From: Halocafeteria seosinensis
Lineage: Eukaryota
Direction of reading: 5' to 3'
Assembly (NCBI GenBank): GCA_001687465.1
Contig: LVLI01000042.1
Span: forward strand, 1-38,438
Length of the DNA: 38,438 nt
Part shown: in pieces, positions 21,459-33,649 of the stretch
Position numbering within the stretch: position 1 is the first letter of the stretch
Layout of the letters: each line of letters starts with the position of its first letter
Notes under the pieces: model-generated
Told to the model about the DNA's origin: nothing
Seen by the model: the letters and a program-made list of their open reading frames with translations, nothing else
The model's database searches: none
Position numbers and translations under genes: made by a program

Positions 21459-24400
21459 ATGGGGCCACCATCGTTGTCATACAGCCGGATGCAAGCTCTC
21501 GGGCGGCTAATCCTTTTCTCGGTGGGACTCGGAACTGCGCTGTGCATTACGATGATAGCCGACGCCTTCCCTTCCGGTTGCACGCATGAAATCTCAGTGA
21601 ACGACCAATGCTGCTACTGCTTCATTGGGACGTACATGGATGTCCAACTCAACGGGACGAATTTCTGCTGCGATTGCGAAGTAGGTCTACGATAGATTAC
21701 TACGATTCCTCAGCTCTCAGCAAGCGTGGAGTTTGTTTCCTTGCTTCGTTTATGTTTTGCAGCCTGGGACTGTAAATAACGAAGCGACATTCCAGCGATA
21801 TTTTTCGCGTGCTGAAACTTGCACGAAATGTCCCATCGGGACATTCCAGAAAGACTCTGGCAAAACCGAGTGCAATACTTGTCCTTTGGGTCGATACTCT
21901 GGTCAAGGTGCTACAGCATGCACGTCATGCGCTCCTGGTCGATTTCAGGATGATAAATTTAAGAGTGGTTGTAAAGAATGCCCTGCTGGCTTTGCAGAAG
22001 AATCCTCTGGTTCTTGGAGTTGTAACATATGCCCTAACGGATTTTATGCCAAACCGGAAGCCACAAGTTGCAGGCGGTGTCCAAGAGGATACATTGGTGA
22101 CACGGAAGGTTTAGAAGATTGCAGAATATGCGATAAGGGAAAGCATGCGGGACGCCAGGGTTTAACGTCCTGTAGTACCTGCTCCCCGGGTAATTTCGAG
22201 GACTCCATTGGGGCGGCATGGTGCAACAGATGTCCAGGCGGATACTATCAACCCAACAGTGGTGAAACCACATGCATCCAGGCCGATAAAGGTGATTACG
22301 CCAAACGAGGCGCGCGAAGTCAAACACCATGCCCAATGGGAAGGTATGCAGCGTCGCCCGGCTCGCCTAATTGGCGCTGCGAAGGCAAGGTACAAGCAGG
22401 GCGATACTCTCAGCAGTCCGGTCTAACGAGTAAAATCGCAGGCAGTCTTTGCCCGGCTGGACGCTATGGACGTGCAGGAGAGACGGACCCACAGTGTACT
22501 GCTGCATGCCCTGCTGGGTATTTTTGTAACACAGGGACTGGTGAGGGAGAGTACGAGGAGTGCGGCGACGTCTCCCTGTATTGTCCCCGTGGTAGCAAGG
22601 CTCCTCGGGAAGTCCCTGAGGGACACTATGCGTCTGGTAAAACGAAGCAGACTCAAGGCCACGCTCACTTATGTCAGCTTGGCCACTACTGCCAAAACTC
22701 GGAAATATTTAACTGCCCCAAAGGATACTACGGTGGAGAAAGAGGACTGACGGTAGAAACGTGCTCGGGTCCGTGCGATGACGGCTATCATTGTCCAGAA
22801 GGCAGCGAATCGCGAAGGCAAGAAGGATGTGCTCCCCCAGATGCTCCTAATGATGAGCGGACTCTATACTATTGCCGAAATGGGCTCCGAATGACGTGTG
22901 ACGATGGGTTTACTGGCCCGATCCATGGAAATAAAGCTACACGCACACGCTGTCATTCTTGCCCTCCTACTCATCGGTGTTTTAAGGGAAGGCGACTCTC
23001 TAAAATTTCGTGGAATGACCGTTATTGTAGATTTCATAACCGCAGACACACAATGTATGTTCGAGACGTAGATCTAGACTCAAGCCCCGAGTTGATTGGG
23101 GAAAGAGTATCAGCCGATGTTAGGGTTGCGAACGAGAAGCTGTATTATTGGGTGTCGTCCATCGTGGAAAATGGCAGAACTATCGAGGGTGGAAAGTGCG
23201 AAGATGATGTTACGGAGAACTCACCGATATCGATGGTGACACTCGTTGACCAACGTAATACGTTTGGCGAGGGAAACGAAAAGATCCAGCAGTATGATGG
23301 AATGCTCAAGGTCAACAACGGATCTACTCTGCGCTTTGCCCAGTGTGGGCGTTATGATGTACAAGTTGGTATTACTGTGGTTGAGTCTAACGTAAACGAG
23401 TCGGTTCCGGGTGTGCGCGCTGAGTTAACCGAGAAGTGCAATTTTGAGATAGTGGTAGAGTTTGCTAACTCCCCTCCGCAAAAAGTTGACGGCGATATCG
23501 AAGTCCCCGAAAAGATGGAAGTTTTTCGAGGAGCTGGCGTGATGGAATCTTTTGGAGACTCTCTTGCTCCCAAATTTGATGACCCCGATGGGCAAGAGCT
23601 CATGTTTATGCTATCTGAAACAGACGGAGAGGGTAACGATGTCGAGCACGACCATCCGTTTACAATTGGTTCCTGTAGCGGACAGATGAAAGTCCGTGAC
23701 CCGACCATGCTGATCAAACTGGACGAGACACGGGTTACCCTTTATATTATGGTAACTGATAATGCTCCTGACAGTCCGGGAAAACTTATTCAAGAGGTTC
23801 GAGTGAAATTGGTGCAACCGAATCGTCCTCCGCAACTAGCGGATGACCCCCCTGCTCTGTATGTCATAGAGAAATCTTCTGCAAGGACCCCAGTATACAC
23901 CGCGAAGGATCCTTCCGGTGTTAATACCACGAGTTTGCTGGATCCTGTCTTTGTAGTGGACCCTGATGGTGATAACCTCAACGTCTCGTTGTCACCATGC
24001 AGGAGGGAAAACTATTGCAATGCCTTCTCACTGTCTCCAGATGGGAACCTGACTGTGAAGCTTCCTGGATTCCTGTCTGTTGACCGACCGCGGGATCTTG
24101 CTCTCTTCGTGCGAGTGATTTACTCAGATCGAGATGCAGACCCGGTTGAAACGCTCCTCGAGCTGACTGTTCAAGAGTTGAGATCCTCCCCCTCTATTGA
24201 AACTACTTCATTTTCGTTCGACGAAGACGTGCAAAATGGCACCAAAATCGGCACGCTGGCAACTATGGATAATGGCGCGGCTAATTTCCTATATCATACC
24301 AAGTCGATCCGCAACAATCGTGGTGAAGAGGAGTCGCGGATTTCAGTATCGAGCGATGGAGACATCATGATAATTGATAACTCATTTAATTCGATTCTGT

Positions 24401-27400
24401 GTCGCGACGTGCCTTGCACAAATTGTGCAGACTTTGATCTATGGATTGAGGCGATCATCACGGCTGAAGTCACCGAGAGGACTGATTCCTTGCCTGGTCC
24501 AACAGAATCCGCGCCTACAGCAGTAAGGTTTGAAATAGGGCTGGTGAACCAGCCGCCGCGTTACATTGCTCCGGCTGAAGCCGTGACGGTAGAGGAGAAT
24601 ATTGCGACAACTGTGGTCGATATCTCGAGCTTCTTTTGTGACAGAGAGGGTGACAGCATGTTTTTTTCGATTGATCCAGATGCTACCGGTCCTGCAACTC
24701 AGTTTTCTCTGGGTAACGATGGGAATCTTGAACTTGAGGAGGCATTAGACTACGAACGCTTCCAGGTTGTCAATATTCCAGTTGTGGTACAAGACATTGG
24801 ATCTTTGGAATCTCAAGAAACAATACTCGATATTTTCGTCGTAGACGTGGGCGAACCTGGGATTGTTCATCCGGAGGAGATGCAGGTGCAAGAACTTTCC
24901 GAAGGGCAGGTTGGGAACATCACTGTAACTGACCCTGATATCTACGCCAGAACCAATAAGTGGTTGTCTTCAGAACCTTCGAATTACAAGATCCAACAGG
25001 ACACATTATCAGACAAGTTCGTTTTGGAAGAAGATGGAACAGTATACGTCGCCGAAGGATACATTCCTGATTTTGAGGATATCGCGACAGGAAAGGGGGA
25101 CATGGCACTGTTATCGCTCCAATATTCTGTGATCGATACTGTAAATGATGTGTCAGCTGAGCACACTCTGGAGATTCGTATTCTGGACGTCGCCGAAGCT
25201 CCTTTTTTCGAACCTCGGGAACAAAAGTTCTCCATTTCGATTGCATCGGAACCTGGGGATACACTTGGTACAGTCGAAGCTCTGACTCAAGACTTTGATG
25301 ATCCCACCTCGGTATTCCTGACAAGTAGCCCCTTTCCGAAGGAAGGTGCTTTAAGGAAACCGTTCTCTCTTACACTCCGCAAAAATGGACAACTGTTGGT
25401 TGAACCGGGAGTGCCCATAGACCTTAACAGCTTCGATGTGGACTCAGAGTATGAAATCCGTGTGCGCGCTGTTGACAGTCAAGGCTTGGAGGTAAACGGG
25501 ACGCATCGAATTAAAGTCACAAATCCGCAAGCGAATCCTTTTTGGGAGGAACCAAACGAATTTACAGAAGATGGTGACGGGAAAATTGTCCGATACATAG
25601 ATGAACACCACAGTGGAAAATACAACCACCTTAATCTGCTGTGTAAAGACCCTAATGAGCGAGAGGTGCGATATCAGATACTGTCGATGGATCCACGTGT
25701 GTATGGTGACATCCTTAAGTTTAATCGATTCGATGGAACATTGAGTGTTTCGGAACCGGGACTCTTGGATTACGAGACTCTCAAAAAGGATGGAGACACG
25801 ACGGTCTTCATTCGTTTGACTTGTCTTGATGACTTTAACGCGCAAGCAGACTTGTCTGGGATGCTCGAAATGCGTGTGAACAACGTCCCGGAGTCTCCAC
25901 AATTTCTTTCGGACAGTTCTTCGCTCGAATTTTCCGTGCACGAAGATGCACTTGAAGGCCTTGTACTTGGGGAGGTTTCAGCTTCTGATGAAGACTTTGA
26001 AAGCGCGTCAAACTTTTCGTTTACCATTGTGCCGGAAACGTCTGTCCCGTTCACAATGATAAAACCAACATTTGCTGAAGATGGACATGTTGGCCGAGTT
26101 AACCTTACAGTAGACGGTGAACTGGATTACGCCAAAACTTCTTCACACACGTTTCGGATCAGAGTAATGGATGAAGGAGGAAAAACAGCTGAGATTCCCG
26201 TCCACGTATCGATAGTGTTTGTTAATACGCCTCCCGAATTTGAGCGAAAGACCTACGAGATTTCAGCTCCTGAAAGCGCGACGAACGAGGATGTTTTAGC
26301 CACAATTGAAGATTTCTCTTTTAACGATAGGTATCTCGATCCGACTCACACTCTGAAGGTCATTTGGGCTGATTCTCCTGGATTGCTGACCGTTGTATCT
26401 AATAATGAGCTACGAGTAGCATCTGGTCGCTCGTTAAATTACGAGCAAATTTGGTACCACAAGTTTGCTATACGTGTTGAGGATGCTGGTGGTCTTTATG
26501 ACGATGCCAACGTCACCCTGTTTGTCAAGAACGTCAATGACATGGGTCTTCAGCAGGCAAGTGGCGGGCCGCATTCGACAAAGGGTGGGTCGATAATCAC
26601 TATTCAAGGTGCCGATTTAGGGCCCGTTTGGCGGCCAGCAACAATTAACGCCACTATCAGGTCTCCCGGCGGACACATGGTTCTCTTCAGTCAGTGCTCG
26701 CGAGGCCAGGAAGAAGACGGTTGGAACAACAAGAACATCGATTGCGAGGTACCATCGGGTGTAGGTGCAAGCCTTATCTGGACCGTGCACATTGATGAAG
26801 ACTCTACAGAAGCGCCATTTACAACACAATTTTTCGCGCCAGAGATTACCTCGCTTCAACACTGGCCAGAAAGTGCGTCGACAAGCGGTGGGGAACAGTT
26901 TCGCATCAAAGGCAAAAACTTTGGTCCCGAGCAATTGCCCTCGGCAAACGGACAGTACATTGCTAACCCAGTTGCAATTAGCTACGAAAGCTTGGAGGAC
27001 TTTCGAATGGGCACCTTGCAAGCATCGGATTGTGAAGTCATAAAAAAGGATGAGGAAATCCAGTGTACGACAGTTGAGGGCGCAGGCTCTGAATTACGCT
27101 TCCGGGCCACAATAGGTACTCTCAATAGTGGCTGGCAGCAACGTTCGCCTTGGAAAGAAACGGATAAGGGGTACCAGCATCCTTCTGTAGATTCAGTTGT
27201 GCCATTAAGCTTCAATTTTCCCACCGATGGCTTGCCCAGAGCTCTTCGAGTAGATGGACAAAACTTTGGTCCCTCCGACAACTTGATCACGGCCAAGATA
27301 GAAAATGAGCAATTTGAGTGGTCTCTCCCATGCAGTCGAAGCAATCATACAGTGCTCATATGTGATCTTCCTGAAGGTCTCGGTAGAGAATTGAGGGTCC

Positions 27401-30228
27401 GCGTAACTGTGGCCAAACAGATTTCGTCAATAGAGGGAGATGATGATACGATTTCCTATGATCCACCACAACTAGGAGAAGTAGTCGATGTAGTCGGTAA
27501 ACCCCCTCAGGATCTTAACACCGAGGGTAATGAGCTTGTCATCTTGATAGGCGAGAACTACGGCCCTGTCATCGAAAATGCGGTCACAAATGTGATTTCT
27601 GTACGATATGGAGATTCTCTGGAATACCAAGCCAAGGACTGCTTTGTCTCAGTGCCTCATGCACAGATCCGATGCATTACAGTAGAAGGAATCGGCAAGA
27701 TTCACAGTTGGCAAGTAGAAGCTGGCGGACAACACTCTAATTTACTGCTAGATGTCAGCAACTATCATCCGCCTGTTGTGGCGACATATTCCAGACCGAA
27801 TAGCAACGTCATTGGAGTGAACGATTTGAAGACCCCTGGGAATGAAACTGTGGTTATCCATGGTCGGTATTTTGGGCCTGCGGATACTGAAATTGATTTT
27901 GCGAAGTATGGTGATGACAACGTCACCTTTTTTGCTCAACAATGCGATGTATTGGACCATACAGTTATGCACTGTATGAGTGATGCGGGTGCAGGTGAGG
28001 GTCATTTTTGGGAGATTCAAATTGGGGGGCAGTCTTCCGAGATACCCACGACTGCTTACAAGGAACCTAGTATTAGTTACTTCGAAGGACATGATGGGTC
28101 GGATCCCCGGCGCTTGCGTACTACAGGGAATGAATGGATAGACATTGTTGGGGAAAATTTCGGGCCAAGGACTGCGTATCTGGAATCGGTTACATATGGT
28201 CCAAGGGGAGATGAGCATAGTGCCACAAGCTGTACGGTACACTCGCACCAGCGTATCCGTTGCCAGACTGCCCCAGCGCATGGACAGCTTCATAAGTGGC
28301 GAGTGGTGATTGCAGGTCAGCGCAGCAAATTAAGTGAGACAACTACCTCGTACGCACCTCCAGTGATATACTCTATTTTCCCGGATCACGGTCCTACAGG
28401 ATTTGACAAGTCTAGAGGAGTCATGCCGACTTTGAAGATAAATGGCACTGATTTGGGCGAAAACCTAGTACAGCGTATTCCCATTAAGGTCCGCATGGAT
28501 ACGGATGGCCAGCATCGGAAACTGAAAGAACTGGAAGAAGTAGTAGAAGACAGTGACGACGTGCTGAGCAGAGTTCTTGCTCGTCAGCAAGTGGATCCTT
28601 CAACGTGGATGGATGATATTGGCGCTCTGGGATTTCCGCCCTCAACTATGGAGCAGTGGCTGGATGACATCGTTTCCATTGACGTAGGGATTAGCGAGAT
28701 CGAACCTATTGAAGGCGGTGCCCCATATGAACAACAAATCTCGGTTGCACTGCCCTCGGGATTTGGAACTAACCGCCCACTGTTTGTTAGCATGGGTGGT
28801 ACGTTCTCTTTGCCTGTGCAGTTCCACTATGACCCACCCTCTATCGAGGGGATTTCGCCGTCAATTGAAGGTGACACCGTTTTGCTTACTATCTATGGTT
28901 CCAACTTCTGTGGCGGAAACTCTTGCGTCGGACCTTCGTGCTGCGGGCTACTACGCGTTGACGGTGTCCCTAGAGAAGTGGAGCCTGAGAACTATTTCCA
29001 TGATGAAATCCGTGAAAGGGTACCAAGTAGCATGCTCATATTTACGCCACGTGGACGGCCAACTGGAACAGTGCAGGTTTCTGTCCTGCATCAGTCTCAG
29101 TCGACGAATGTAAGGCCGTTCAAGGACCCCTTGCCTGAAATACCAAGACAAGAAGGCCGTGTTAAACTTAACGGATTTGCCACTGAGGGACTGGAAGACT
29201 TTAAACTTGTAGATGTGAAAGAAGTTCAAGAAGGTCACACTGCAGAGCAAGTAAGCGTGAGTATTGGGGGAGAACCCTGTACTTCTTTTCAGGTCGATCA
29301 AACAGTATTTGACGAATCGACTCAGACGTGGCGCGGAAATATCTCTTGCATTACCCCACCACAGATGGGAAAGGATCTTCTTGTCTCCATCGCAGTGGAC
29401 GGGAGAGAGGTTCCTAATTCGGATGTCACTGTGGATTACGCTTCTCCCAGCATTTGTGTTGTTGACTTCGATGACACAACACCGAATGTGGTGGTATTTG
29501 CTCGAGAAACAGACGAATGCTCAGATGTTTCTTCCCGTGGAGGGCGTGCCTTAGACGATTCCAAGAAGGAACGGCTCCCAACAACTGGAGCTGTTCTTCT
29601 CATCAAGGGGGATAATTTGGGATCCTCAGAATTGCCGTTTGATGAAGAACCAGTCTTATCCATTAGAGAGATTCAATCAGCGAAATTGGAGCTGCATGAT
29701 CATCATTTGTTGCGAGTGCGCATACCCCCAGGGGCCGGTGCAAGTCGCCGGGCTGAGTTCTTGGTGTCCGACTTTAGATCACCGGATTCATCTCCGGCGT
29801 TTATTTTCGGCTATATGGCACCACGTATAGACGAAATAGTAACGGCCCAACGTTCAACAGATCCTACCTCGGCCAGTTGGATACTTGTCTTCGGCGAGAA
29901 TTTTGGGCCACCTACAGGGAACTACAAAGCGCCATCTAGCGATGCGTACAGTCCTGAGATCCTCGTTGAGCTGGACACAGACCAGGACGGTGCTTTTGAA
30001 GCCGCTTGTACAGTATGGGGATCCAACCATACCATCATAGAGTGTCAATCTGCAGAGGATCAAGGAAACGAAATGTATGTGCGAGTGACCATTGATGACC
30101 AAACAACGGAGTCGCGGCACAGTCCAAAGCGAAGGGACGACTGCGAATCAGGCCTGAAACATGAAAGGCATGCCTTAGCTTTTATGCGAGTAAAACGAAG
30201 TGTCAAGCAAACAAAGGGGGCTGTGTGA
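21459..30228 (+). CDS. Giant secreted Cys-rich repeat / cadherin / IPT-TIG protein (paralog B), ~2,895 aa; join(21459..21680,21763..30228); probably C-terminally truncated
   Basis: Signal-like LILFSVGLGTALCITMIADA and an 82-nt phase-0 intron after CCDCE, the same position as in paralog A. Cys-rich repeats, roughly 9-10 cadherin-like repeats (ALDYE, LLDYE, ELDYA, LNYE) and roughly 10 TIG repeats (GENFGP, YxPP). Uninterrupted frame. Alternative start ATG at 21489. Confidence 0.88.
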
Positions 30229-30482
30229 GATGTCGCACAAACTGTAAAATAGAGCGCTACCTAATTCTGGATCCTCGGCTAGGAAGACCTGGTGGCATTG
30301 TTGCGAAAGAGAATGGTTAAGCCTAAAGCAATCCATAGAGAGATTGTAGTGTAAGCACCACCAATGTCTCGGTCAGTCTTCGAAACTCTTGAGCACTACT
30401 GCTGCTGTTTCGTCCGCTTTGACCAACAGGGGAGACTGGTGAATGTAGATCCTGGGCATTTCTTCACGCCCACAGGACTCGA

Positions 30483-30515
30483 TATCACTCGCGAAAAATT
30501 TTATCGCGAGTGATA
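30483..30515. repeat. Perfect 12-bp inverted repeat with A/T loop
   Basis: TATCACTCGCGA-AAAATTTTA-TCGCGAGTGATA. Confidence 0.85.
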
Positions 30516-31929
30516 ACTCGAATCCGACTGTGCTGGCCTCGCTTACAGTGTATAATTTCGGGTTGAAATGTGTTTGTAGGCGGTGTTGTAATACTCAAAA
30601 GGGAAATGGAGCCTCCCTGGAGTAACGAAGATCCATTGTGGGGATCGTTTGAGCTTTAAGGCCTAGTTTAGGTACAGAAGTGAAACATCCTCGCCAGAGT
30701 ACGCGACCTGGGCGACGCGGCGTCGGGGAGAGGCACGCTCAAGTACTTGAAAAGGAATGCCAGGGACTCACCGTGAAGTAGGGAGATGCGGAACTATCCG
30801 ACACTGATGATGGCCGCGTTGTTGCGCCACGACGTGACTGATGGAGTGATTTCCGGCCACTCCTTACGACTGAGGCAACACGTAATCTGGATTTCTTAGG
30901 GTAGCAGCAACAGTAATTCCCATGGCATAGAGGTTGTTATACCTGTGCACAGCGACAGAAGGCGTTCTTTTGTGGGAATTAAAGTAGCCACTTCATTGCA
31001 ATACAACACAACAACAATGTGCATATAGTCACTATTATCACCAGCATAAATGGATATACAATCTCCGTTAGCGTTCATTCGGTATTTTGGAGGAAACTAC
31101 AAGTAAACGGACAGTTAACAACGAATAAGGACACCGTGCTAATAACTTGCGTGGTTGGCACTCCTCTCTCTTTTCCTCCAGAACTCGCTGCTTTGCACTA
31201 TAACTGTTCAGGTAGTATTTCCGTTTTGTTAATGTCCACAAATCTTTACCCAGTGAAGGTTGGTGCTCAAGCTGCTGGTTTTCACTTCTTCGTAAGTCAT
31301 CGAACAGAGGGTTACATGGATCACCTCCTCAAAAAATGTGACATTCTGCGCGGACGCGGTTTCATCGGTTCACCAGTATAAATTGTAAGCCTGGTATGCA
31401 CGACTTCAGTTTAATTTACCAACACACTCATTACCTTATTTTTAAGCTCGCGCTGTGTCTGGAGCTGAATTAGAGAAAAACAACTGCGTCAGCCTGATGA
31501 AATTAACTATCGAGCTAAGCTAACATCGAAACACCAACAAAATCGAACTGAAACGAATTAGTAGGATGTCTTCGTCATTTCATTCAGTGTCATTATTCGC
31601 ATGATCTCAAGTCGTACTGTTTCTGGTATCAGGATCATCTTACACAACTACTGTACCAGTCACTCGTTTTCTTCTCGGAGCAAACTCTACGCTAACGTCC
31701 TACCAGAACAGTCATTGCGAACAACAGATCAGACCGTGACAACCCATGCTTCCTGGGGCGACACGTCCATAACAGCACCCCATTCGCATGGCACAAGCAA
31801 GCTTGCACATTTCGCGCCGGAGTCAAGAGACACAACCAAGGAGCTGCTGTAGGGCACACATTCGAGGTACAACCGGTAGAAAATTGTGTCGCGACTGTTA
31901 CATCAATACGGAGCCAAATGTTGGTACGG

Positions 31930-31957
31930 ACTACTAGTGACTCACTAGTAGTGAGTC
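31930..31957. repeat. Two overlapping palindromes
   Basis: ACTACTAGTGA-C-TCACTAGTAGT (31930-31952) overlaps GACTCACTA-G-TAGTGAGTC (31939-31957). Confidence 0.85.
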
Positions 31958-32023
31958 TATGGTATGGTTTTTCCGAGTAATCTGCGGCTGAGATTGCTCT
32001 GACTAGATTAACTATCTCCGCGA

Positions 32024-33649
32024 CTAAAATGCGCCATCATCCATATCCATATCGTCCATGACTCCTGTAAATACATGAATAAGCTCTGGCGGAAAAGAAC
32101 GAAGGTCACTAGCGTTGTTCGCAGTCAACGATGGAGGAAGAGATGTGCTTTCTCGATCTTGGCAAGGGCAAGCAAATGCTTGTCGACATGTACTCAGAGG
32201 TTCTAAGCAATATCCAAAACATGACACTTGTATGGTCTCCTCTCCACTAGAAGAGGTAGAACGGGTCAGATCAGCAGTGTTAGCACTCTTTAGTGACACG
32301 CTTTCCGTCCAACACATATGACAGCAACATAGGGCTCCGAAACATCCGATAAAACCTAAGAGCCAGGACACACACCCTGATGCATCCCTCGTCTCATAAG
32401 TCACTGTGCATGGAGGGTAGTTAACGTGTTCTCTCGACTGAACTGCCTGTCGCATACGACGACTCGCCCGCACACCGAAGTGGTTCCCTGAAATATCAAG
32501 ATATCGTAATACAAACTGAGCACCAACTGCTGCAGCAAGCGACATTATACCGCTGGCACCGATACCACAAGCTGTCACTTCTAGATACATGATGCCAGTA
32601 TGGGCACGTAGAGTGTCCCCAAGAGCGGCAGCACCGACATCGCCAACGTCATTCCCATTCAGCCGCAGCACAACAAGTGTAGAATTACTTCTCAGAGTTT
32701 CAGCAAGGGCAGAAGCGCCTTCATTTGTAATGGAATTGCTGGATAGATCTACCATTTGTAAGGAATCATTCGCCTGCAGTGAACGCGCGAAAGCGTTAAC
32801 GCCCTGGTCGCCTATGCAGTTTGCAACCAGTGAAAGTCGTTGCAAAACCGGATTTTGTTTCAGTGCTTCGCTGAGTGAAGCAGCTCCCGACACACCGATT
32901 GAATTGAACGCAATCTCCAGTATCTCAATATTGCTTGACGCGAGTGCATTGAAAATGGCCTCTGCGCCCTCATCTTTGATCTTCTGTCCCTGGATGTCGA
33001 GCCGCTTGAGAGAGTTATTATTCTGCAACCCTCGGGCAAGAGCCTTAGCAGCACGAACACCTAGTACGTCACCTGAGTTACACGTGAGTGTAAGATCCTT
33101 TAATTTGCTTTCTTTTACACTAAGAAGTTCATAGAATGCTTCTTCGACGTGTTCATTGCCTTCATAAAACCTTCTCCAAGAATCGATCTTGACGCAGCGG
33201 ACCTGAGAATCCCGAATTCCTCGCAGCATAACCGCAGACGCAGATGCAGGTACATCGCATGACACCATCCGAACGCTGATGAGAGATTCAGACCACCGGA
33301 GAGCGTTTGCAATCTGCCTCGCACCTTGAACCACAGCGGTTTCATCTCCTGAAAAGGAGCCTTCAATTTCAATAGAGAGGAGCCGCTCGCTGAGGGCAAT
33401 GGCACCCGCCAGTGCCTGTCCGAAGTACTCCCATTGCGAAGCACGCAAGGCAAGTCTCCATCCATTCTTCAGCTTAAACAAGCCTTTCCCACGCAATACG
33501 CGCACCCACGTATCGCCCCCTGTAACCAGGCGTCTAACTATTTCAGCCACCCGGTATTGGGGCTCGGTGGAACAGTCTTCCATGGTGAGCGTGGAAACAC
33601 GTTCGGCCTCCCGTAAGGCCTCATCTTTATCGAATCTCCCACCAGACAT
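32024..33649 (-). CDS. RNI-like (NLRC3/RanGAP-type) leucine-rich repeat protein with Cys-rich hydrophobic C-terminal segment
   Basis: Tandem 28-aa repeats LxxLxLxxNxIGDxGAxALAxAL. C-terminal GCVSWLLGFIGCFGALCCCHMCW. Start at the first ATG (MSGGRF). Confidence 0.88.
   Translation of the reverse strand: MSGGRFDKDEALREAERVSTLTMEDCSTEPQYRVAEIVRRLVTGGDTWVRVLRGKGLFKLKNGWRLALRASQWEYFGQALAGAIALSERLLSIEIEGSFSGDETAVVQGARQIANALRWSESLISVRMVSCDVPASASAVMLRGIRDSQVRCVKIDSWRRFYEGNEHVEEAFYELLSVKESKLKDLTLTCNSGDVLGVRAAKALARGLQNNNSLKRLDIQGQKIKDEGAEAIFNALASSNIEILEIAFNSIGVSGAASLSEALKQNPVLQRLSLVANCIGDQGVNAFARSLQANDSLQMVDLSSNSITNEGASALAETLRSNSTLVVLRLNGNDVGDVGAAALGDTLRAHTGIMYLEVTACGIGASGIMSLAAAVGAQFVLRYLDISGNHFGVRASRRMRQAVQSREHVNYPPCTVTYETRDASGCVSWLLGFIGCFGALCCCHMCWTESVSLKSANTADLTRSTSSSGEETIQVSCFGYCLEPLSTCRQAFACPCQDRESTSLPPSLTANNASDLRSFPPELIHVFTGVMDDMDMDDGAF

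Noticed and set aside
11548..30120. Numerous 60-180 aa antisense and alternate-frame ORFs over the giant genes, HDAC, kinase and LRR genes
   Set aside because: These are shadows of long coding sequences with no recognisable motifs.
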